From contig CAMODB010000004.1 of assembly GCA_946611195.1 (NCBI GenBank), positions 33 to 64,032 of the forward strand: a DNA stretch of 64,000 nt, given 5' to 3'. Source of the stretch: an uncultured Bacillota bacterium. Lineage in GTDB: Bacteria > Bacillota_I > Bacilli_A > ML615J-28 > CAG-313. Every line of letters starts with the position of its first letter. The first letter of the stretch is position 1. A program made the position numbers and the translations under genes. Below, one piece after another: positions 57,969 through 64,000 of the stretch. Below the pieces are notes generated by a model. That model searched no databases and was not told the DNA's origin. It worked only from the letters and a program-made list of their open reading frames with translations.

Positions 57969-59048
57969 TTATTTAGATGATTTTCTTATTAAGATTGCTT
58001 GCGCATATAATTCTGTATAACGATTCTCAAATTCTATTAGCTTTCTAGTTCTTAATTCTATTCCGTTTACTTCCGGATCTGCTAGATAGACTTCATTCTT
58101 TTCTAAATCATAGCCCACCAAAGATAAGGAATGATCATTACCTGGCCAATATAATTCGCCAAAAATAGTTTTAAAAATTGTTGAACCATATTTTACTTTA
58201 TACATTTCTTTATCATTTTCCATTGTTGCCCAGATAGGTAAAGGATATTTTGCTTTTAAAAATTGGAATAATAAATAAAATGGTAGTCCCGTTAAATTAT
58301 ATACTTCAAAATCTTTAATATTATATTTTTTAAAATAATTTTTGATTGTTTTAACACTGACTGGTGACATACATCCCCAACCATCTTTAACAATATCACC
58401 TATAAAATAATCCCAAAATGATTCTTTAATATCTAAATCTTGGGGCATAAGAGATGCTGTTTCTTTTTTCTTAATATCTTTATTTAAAATATAACTTAAA
58501 GAAGCAGCTACAGCTGTTGCTTCACAACCAACATATAATGCTGGATCATCAGCAGTTCCTAAATATTGTGGAATATTTTTAACATTTAATTTTATCGCTG
58601 GTTCAATATCTACTAATTCGATTTGTTTCATAAAATTATAATCAGAATATTCTGTTTTATAACCACTCTTATCTTTAAATTGAATTGTTTTATTAGTAAT
58701 TTGTTCTAAATTATAAATCATTAAATTAGGATAATTAGATTTTAAATTATCATTAATACCTTTTTCAAATTTAGAAAAAGAAATAGTAATTGCTGGTTTT
58801 ATATATGGATCTATTTCTATAATTAAATTATTCTTAAATAGACAATCAAAAAAATAAATTGTTGTATTTAAATTTGGTTTCTTAAGTTTTATTCTTACAT
58901 CATTATTAAAAATACATTTTGTAAAATGTAAAACATAATCATAATCTAAATCCGTTATTAATAATTCATCATAAGTATTTTGATAATTTATTTGATATTG
59001 GTCAAGATGTTGAAAAGATTGTTTAATTTGATTTTTAATTATCTTCAT
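57969..59048 (-). CDS. Papain-like (C39-type) cysteine peptidase domain protein
   Basis: VGCEATAVAASLSYIL is the candidate Cys nucleophile block, and NDHSLSLVGYD the His block. Confidence 0.4.
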   Translation of the reverse strand: MKIIKNQIKQSFQHLDQYQINYQNTYDELLITDLDYDYVLHFTKCIFNNDVRIKLKKPNLNTTIYFFDCLFKNNLIIEIDPYIKPAITISFSKFEKGINDNLKSNYPNLMIYNLEQITNKTIQFKDKSGYKTEYSDYNFMKQIELVDIEPAIKLNVKNIPQYLGTADDPALYVGCEATAVAASLSYILNKDIKKKETASLMPQDLDIKESFWDYFIGDIVKDGWGCMSPVSVKTIKNYFKKYNIKDFEVYNLTGLPFYLLFQFLKAKYPLPIWATMENDKEMYKVKYGSTIFKTIFGELYWPGNDHSLSLVGYDLEKNEVYLADPEVNGIELRTRKLIEFENRYTELYAQAILIRKSSK

Positions 59049-59712
59049 ATCGCGTCCTATCAGCTAAAAGTAACATATATATCGTTGCCGCATGAGAAAA
59101 TTTTTGTAAATTAACACCGGTTGATTTATATATTAAATCAAGTTTATTAATTAAACTATTACGGTTCATATATAATTTCTTTGATGTTTTTAAGACATTC
59201 AAATCATTATTAAAATAAACTAATACTAAATCTTTGGTTAGTGTATCTTTTATGATTAAAGGAAGGATATTTATTTTGAAATATTCTTGATAATCTTTAA
59301 CATTGTTTTGTAACATTGATACTAAATCGGAAACAACTTCGGTTGTTATTTTAAAATAATTATTGACAAAAGATATATATTCAAGAATTGTTTTGTTATT
59401 CAAAGCTCTAGTAATATAGATACCATTATTTACTTTAAAATTAAGACCTAGGTCAAGGGAAACACTCATAATAATATCGGTTAAATCAAAATAATCATCT
59501 ACATAAAAAATTAAAGAAAGATCATTTAATTTAATAATATTCGCATGTAAAAAGATTTCATTAAATACACTTAATAAATTATCATTAGTATTATTGACAA
59601 TCATTAGACGAACTTTTTTATCTTTAAAGGGATAAACTAAATTCTTATCTAAATAATCAATAATCGTTTTATAATCATCATGACAAGAGAAATTCTGATA
59701 TTTGTAATTCAT
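59035..59712 (-). CDS. PucR/CdaR-like C-terminal HTH regulator
   Basis: TSKKLYMNRNSLINKLDLIYKSTGVNL matches the PucR-type HTH pattern. Confidence 0.45.
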   Translation of the reverse strand: MNYKYQNFSCHDDYKTIIDYLDKNLVYPFKDKKVRLMIVNNTNDNLLSVFNEIFLHANIIKLNDLSLIFYVDDYFDLTDIIMSVSLDLGLNFKVNNGIYITRALNNKTILEYISFVNNYFKITTEVVSDLVSMLQNNVKDYQEYFKINILPLIIKDTLTKDLVLVYFNNDLNVLKTSKKLYMNRNSLINKLDLIYKSTGVNLQKFSHAATIYMLLLADRTRYEDN

Positions 59713-59718
59713 ATATAC

Positions 59719-59904
59719 CTACAATACTCGTTTTATTCTTTTCTTTACATCTAAACGGGGAATCATAATCACGCGTCCACATCTTTCACATTCTAATTTA
59801 AAATCAATACCAATTCTTTGGACAAGCCATATTGTTCCACCACAAGGATGCGGTTTTTTAAATTCTATTTTATCCCCAACTTTAATTATTGTTAAATCAA
59901 TCAT
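59719..59904 (-). CDS. DUF951-family small protein
   Basis: VGDKIEFKKPHPCGG..W.V.R.G.D.KL.C..CGR..M..R is the DUF951 pattern. Its position next to parA/rsmG is typical. Confidence 0.7.
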   Translation of the reverse strand: MIDLTIIKVGDKIEFKKPHPCGGTIWLVQRIGIDFKLECERCGRVIMIPRLDVKKRIKRVL

Positions 59905-59905
59905 C

Positions 59906-60670
59906 TTATAAATCCTTATTGTTTTCTAATATTTCTTGAGCTAATTTACGATATTCCTTAGCTCCTTTAGAATTAATTGAATATTCTAAAACACTTTGAC
60001 CATAAAGAGGGGCAACTTGAATATGTGATGAATAAGTAATAACAGTTTTAAATAATTTTTCCGGAAAAAGAGCTTTTACTTTATCTAATATATCATAACC
60101 AAGTGTCGTACGATTATCAAGTTTTGTTATTAAAACACCTTCGATACTTAAATTTTTATCTTTTTGAACTTTTTCAATTTTATTTATCATGGTGTTTAAC
60201 GCATCATAAGCATAATAACTAGTATCAACAGGAATAATAACAGAATCAGAAGCGTATAACGCATTATCAACAATCAAACCAAGAGAGGGTGGACAATCAA
60301 TTAAAATAAAATCATATTGGTTTTTTAGTTGATCAAGTTTTTGTTGGAGTAAGAATTCTTTATTAGGAATGTTATATAACGATTCTTCGACACTTGCAAG
60401 TTTAATTGAAGAGGGGATAATCGATATATATGGATTCTTAGTTTTCATGATTGCTTTAGTTAATAAGCCGATATGACTAAAGAAATCTGCCATGTCAAAA
60501 AGAATATCTTCTCTTTTAATTCCTAAACCTTTGGTTGCGTTAGACTGTTCATCAAAATCGACAATTAATACTGATTTATTTTCATATGAAAAAGCACTAG
60601 CTAAGTTGATAGTAGTTGTCGTTTTACCGACGCCACCTTTTTGATTGACAATTGAAATTACTTTTCCCAT
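59906..60670 (-). CDS. parA: ParA/Soj partition ATPase
   Basis: Deviant Walker A KGGVGKTTT. IDCPPSLG. Confidence 0.9.
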   Translation of the reverse strand: MGKVISIVNQKGGVGKTTTTINLASAFSYENKSVLIVDFDEQSNATKGLGIKREDILFDMADFFSHIGLLTKAIMKTKNPYISIIPSSIKLASVEESLYNIPNKEFLLQQKLDQLKNQYDFILIDCPPSLGLIVDNALYASDSVIIPVDTSYYAYDALNTMINKIEKVQKDKNLSIEGVLITKLDNRTTLGYDILDKVKALFPEKLFKTVITYSSHIQVAPLYGQSVLEYSINSKGAKEYRKLAQEILENNKDL

Positions 60671-60683
60671 TATTATTTCCTTT

Positions 60684-61391
60684 CTATAAAGGTTTTGATT
60701 TTATTCTTTGATAACTTCTTGGATAAATTGGATTAGTTTTATTAATTTTATTATATTGAAGAATAAAACGACTACCTTTATTCATTGGTAATTGATATTC
60801 ATAAATATCTAATAATTCCGCTTTTAATATTCTTGCGGCTGAATGTGATTGATTTAATTCATCTTGATAATTTAAGCCTTTTAATGCTAAGAAATAACCA
60901 CCTATTTTCGTATAAGGAATAGAAAGTTCTAATAAAGTATTAAGATTAGCTACCGCTCTTGCGGTTACGATATCAAAACTTTCACGGTTATTTTTAATGT
61001 ATTCTTCAGCTCTGTCATTTATTACTTTAATATCTTGTAATTGAAGAGTATCTATTACTTCTTGTAAGAATTGACATTTCTTGGTTGTTGCTTCAAGAAG
61101 AGTTATCTCTAATTTTGGAAAACAAATCTTTAAAACTATTCCTGGAAAACCTGCACCTGTTCCTAGATCAAGTAAAGATATTCTAGAATTTAAGTCAACA
61201 ACTTTACTAACTAGGAGTGAATCATAGAAATGTTTAATATATACTTCTTCTAAATCTGTTATTGTGGTAAGATTTAAGGATTCATTTTTCTTAATTAAGA
61301 GGTTAAAATACAAAAATAGTTTATTAAATATTTCCTCATTATTTAGCCCAAAATCCTTTTTTATTAAATTTTCTAATTGTTCTTTATCCAT
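60684..61391 (-). CDS. rsmG: 16S rRNA m7G527 methyltransferase RsmG (GidB)
   Basis: [15 protein letters not shown] motif. Synteny with mnmG. Confidence 0.9.
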   Translation of the reverse strand: MDKEQLENLIKKDFGLNNEEIFNKLFLYFNLLIKKNESLNLTTITDLEEVYIKHFYDSLLVSKVVDLNSRISLLDLGTGAGFPGIVLKICFPKLEITLLEATTKKCQFLQEVIDTLQLQDIKVINDRAEEYIKNNRESFDIVTARAVANLNTLLELSIPYTKIGGYFLALKGLNYQDELNQSHSAARILKAELLDIYEYQLPMNKGSRFILQYNKINKTNPIYPRSYQRIKSKPL

Positions 61392-63297
61392 GATTTCTTC
61401 TACTTTCTATATATACTAAAAGAAGAGAAACATCTACTGGATTAACCCCACTAATACGACTAGCTTGACCAATTGTTCTTGGTTTAATAAGGTTTAATTT
61501 TTCTTTTGCTTCACTAGCTAAATTATGAATTTCATCATAATTTATGTCTTCTGGAATGGTAATTGTTTCTAATTTTAACATTCTTTTAGCTTCTTTATAA
61601 GCCTTATCTATGTAGCCTTGATACTTAATTTCAATATCTATTTGTTCAGATTCAGGATATATTAATGGATTATCTAGATTAGTTATTTTCACAATATCTT
61701 CATAATGAACTTCTGGTCTTTTCATTAATATATCGGCATAGATACCTTCTTTAAGACTCGGAGAATTGATGGATTCTAAATATGAATTTACATCTTCTTT
61801 TGGTGAAATCTTTAAATTAGCTAATCTTTCTTTTTCTTTTTGAATTCGATTCATTTTCATTTCAAATCTATTATATCTATCTTGTGAAATAAGACCAGCA
61901 TAATAACCATATTTAATACATCTTTGATCAGCATTATCGTGTCTTAGTAATAAACGATATTCCGCTCTAGATGTCAACATTCGGTAAGGATCAGTAACAC
62001 CTTTAGTAACTAAGTCATCAATTAATACGCCAATATAGGCTTCATCTCTTTTAAGAACAATTTCTTTCATTCCTCTTATAGATAAACTAGCATTAAGACC
62101 AGCCATTATACCTTGAGCAGCAGCTTCTTCATAACCACTAGTACCATTAATTTGACCAGCTAAATATAAACCTTTAATAATTTTTGTTTCTAAAGTTGGA
62201 TATAATTGTAATGGATCAACGGCATCATATTCGATTGCATATGCATATTTTGCGATAACAGCATTCTCAAAGCCTGGTAAAGATTTAACCATTTCTTCTT
62301 GAACATTTCTTGGCATTGAAGTTGAAAAGCCTTGGATATATGTTTCATTTATTTGTAATGATTCCGGTTCAAGGAAGATTTGATGTCTTTCTTTATCTTT
62401 GAAACGTTCTAATTTTGTTTCAATTGAAGGGCAATAACGAGGACCAGTACCTGTTATTAAACCAGAATACATACTCGACTCCTTCATATGTTTCCAAATG
62501 ATTTCGTGAGTCTTTGGTGTTGTATAGATTAAATAACATGGTATTTGTTTATCAAATGGTCGAACAGTACTTGGATCAGTTTCATAGCTAAATGTAAGTG
62601 GTTTGTTAGTTCCATCTTCTCTAATAGCTTTTGAAAAGTCAATTGATTCTGTTATTATTCTTGGTGGAGTACCAGTTTTTAAACGCATCAATTTAAATCC
62701 ATTTTCTCTAAGTGAATTTGATAATTGATAATTTGTATCTTCACCATCAGGTCCACTCTTGATTACTTCACTACCGCGTAATACACAACTAGATAGATAT
62801 GTACCTGTGGTTAGAATTACTCTTTTTGCGAAAATCTTAAGACCATTTTCTAATTCAACACCTTTAACAGTTTTGTCTTCCACAATCAAATTACTAACAA
62901 GTGAAATGTAGATGTCTAAATTATCTTGTTTACTACATACATCTTGCATATATGCAGCATATGCTAATTTATCTGATTGCACTCTCATTGCCCATACAGC
63001 AGGACCTTTTGAAGAATTTAAAAGCTTTGTTTGTAAACTTGTCGCATCGGCAGTTCTTGCCATTTGTCCACCTAAAGCATCTATTTCTCTAACTAAAATA
63101 CCTTTTGCAGGACCACCAACTGAAGGATTACATGGCATATTACCTATTCTTTTATAAGCACCACAAACCATCATTGTTTTAAGTCCAATTCTAGCCGGTG
63201 CAAGACTAGCTTCTATTCCGGCATGACCTCCACCAACAACTAAGACATCATATATATCTTTAATATCTAAATCTTCTTTATTATATAAAGTACCCAT
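61384..63297 (-). CDS. mnmG: tRNA uridine 5-carboxymethylaminomethyl modification enzyme MnmG (GidA)
   Basis: [15 protein letters not shown] motif, TGTPPR, and [16 protein letters not shown]. Confidence 0.95.
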   Translation of the reverse strand: MGTLYNKEDLDIKDIYDVLVVGGGHAGIEASLAPARIGLKTMMVCGAYKRIGNMPCNPSVGGPAKGILVREIDALGGQMARTADATSLQTKLLNSSKGPAVWAMRVQSDKLAYAAYMQDVCSKQDNLDIYISLVSNLIVEDKTVKGVELENGLKIFAKRVILTTGTYLSSCVLRGSEVIKSGPDGEDTNYQLSNSLRENGFKLMRLKTGTPPRIITESIDFSKAIREDGTNKPLTFSYETDPSTVRPFDKQIPCYLIYTTPKTHEIIWKHMKESSMYSGLITGTGPRYCPSIETKLERFKDKERHQIFLEPESLQINETYIQGFSTSMPRNVQEEMVKSLPGFENAVIAKYAYAIEYDAVDPLQLYPTLETKIIKGLYLAGQINGTSGYEEAAAQGIMAGLNASLSIRGMKEIVLKRDEAYIGVLIDDLVTKGVTDPYRMLTSRAEYRLLLRHDNADQRCIKYGYYAGLISQDRYNRFEMKMNRIQKEKERLANLKISPKEDVNSYLESINSPSLKEGIYADILMKRPEVHYEDIVKITNLDNPLIYPESEQIDIEIKYQGYIDKAYKEAKRMLKLETITIPEDINYDEIHNLASEAKEKLNLIKPRTIGQASRISGVNPVDVSLLLVYIESRRNHG

Positions 63298-63302
63298 GAG
63301 AA

Positions 63303-63533
63303 TTATCCTCTACTACTTAACCAAGCAATAACTATAACTACGATTATCGCAATAACTCCCAATATTGTACCAATCAATTTAATCATAGAATTGTGATATT
63401 TGTTTTTCTTTTCTTTCTTTTTAATATTTTTAATTTCGTTTTTTCTTTTTTCTGTCATTGGTAATTCTTTTAAACAGAAATCACATGTTAATGCGTCATA
63501 TTTATTTTCCGCATGACAATAAGGACAAATCAT
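63303..63533 (-). CDS. Zinc-ribbon membrane protein
   Basis: CPYC...CDFC zinc ribbon followed by a C-terminal TM helix. Confidence 0.5.
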   Translation of the reverse strand: MICPYCHAENKYDALTCDFCLKELPMTEKRKNEIKNIKKKEKKNKYHNSMIKLIGTILGVIAIIVVIVIAWLSSRG

Positions 63534-63654
63534 CTTACCATTATCCTTTCTTTATTATATATATTATAATATATTTTATCATAATTCTTAAAAAAATGAA
63601 ATACAATAACACGCAAAAAAAGAAAGGCTTTTAAAAACCTTTCTTATATTTTAA

Positions 63655-64000
63655 TTATTTTACAATTTCACCATATACTAATCCACTTAATGCACCTGCA
63701 TTAGCTTCATCAGTATCAATGTGCATTGCAAGAGCATATTTAGGAGAAACTCTAATAACAGTATCACCAAAGATTATGCTTCTGCCTGTTTCATTAAGAA
63801 CTTTAACACTTACGATTTGACCATTTTCTACACCAAATTCTTTTGCATCTTCTGGGGTCATATGAATGTGACGTTTTGCGGCAATTACACCTTCTTTTAA
63901 TTCTACTTCACCTTTAGGACCAACTAATTTACAAGGAGCACTACCTGCTACATCACCTGATTCTCTTACTGGTGCACTTAAACCTAAAGTTCTTGCGTCT
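63655..64000 (-). CDS. pduL: Phosphate propanoyl/acetyltransferase PduL, C-terminal part (5' end outside the window)
   Basis: The frame is open to the window edge. ...AAKRHIHMTPEDAKEFGV..GQIVSV......I.F..V.IRVS.KYALAMHIDTDEANA is the PduL (PTAC) repeat signature. Confidence 0.8.
   Translation of the reverse strand, partial: DARTLGLSAPVRESGDVAGSAPCKLVGPKGEVELKEGVIAAKRHIHMTPEDAKEFGVENGQIVSVKVLNETGRSIIFGDTVIRVSPKYALAMHIDTDEANAGALSGLVYGEIVK

Noticed and set aside
1-64000. Mollicute genetic code 4 (TGA = Trp), as an explanation for the in-frame TGA at 2053
   Set aside because: All long housekeeping and accessory ORFs are intact under code 11, with Trp encoded by TGG. No other in-frame TGA interruptions were seen. 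A code-4 genome would fragment most ORFs in a standard-code ORF track.

Overview
Strongly AT-rich chromosomal segment of a low-GC Firmicutes/Mollicutes-like organism (Erysipelotrichia or Acholeplasma type). It uses the standard code: Trp is TGG and most stops are TAA. There are about 60 CDS, and all but two lie on the minus strand.

- 0-15.6 kb: giant secreted proteins and lipoproteins built from Listeria-Bacteroides (Flg_new) repeats, Big_2 domains, a GH18 domain, an amidase_2 domain and an M6 protease.
- 15.7-18.7 kb: a STAS-kinase plus SpoIIE-HATPase partner-switching pair, the only plus-strand genes.
- 19.2-24.3 kb: a four-gene membrane-protein cassette duplicated in tandem, with a near-identical conversion tract.
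- 24.3-35.7 kb: GH3, GNATs, TldD/PmbA, a lipase-like lipoprotein, cls and a GT4 gene.
- 35.8-48.3 kb: an accessory island of about 12.5 kb lying directly 3' of ssrA (tmRNA, 48322-48690), with no recognisable integrase. It holds an MntA-HepT toxin-antitoxin pair, an ADP-ribosylglycohydrolase placed in front of a RES toxin that is broken by TAG, gene fragments, four unknown genes (one with ADP-ribosyltransferase-like H-Y-E motifs), three signal-peptide-less BspA-type LRR paralogues, and a PRiA4_ORF3 protein.
- 48.7-64 kb: housekeeping genes of origin-proximal type (rpsD, DUF1538 plus two PII-like genes, tpiA, pgk, an ABC ATPase, parA, rsmG, mnmG, partial pduL).

The most interesting observation is that two unrelated island proteins end in a Firmicute SSB-type C-terminal tip (acidic run plus LPF-COOH). 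They sit next to an ADP-ribosylation-themed gene set. This may be an undescribed toxin or defence module that plugs into the SSB interactome.

Three in-frame stop codons (TGA at 2053, TAG at 37559, TAG at 46732) split ORFs that otherwise read continuously. All functional calls rest on motif recognition by eye. No database search was possible.
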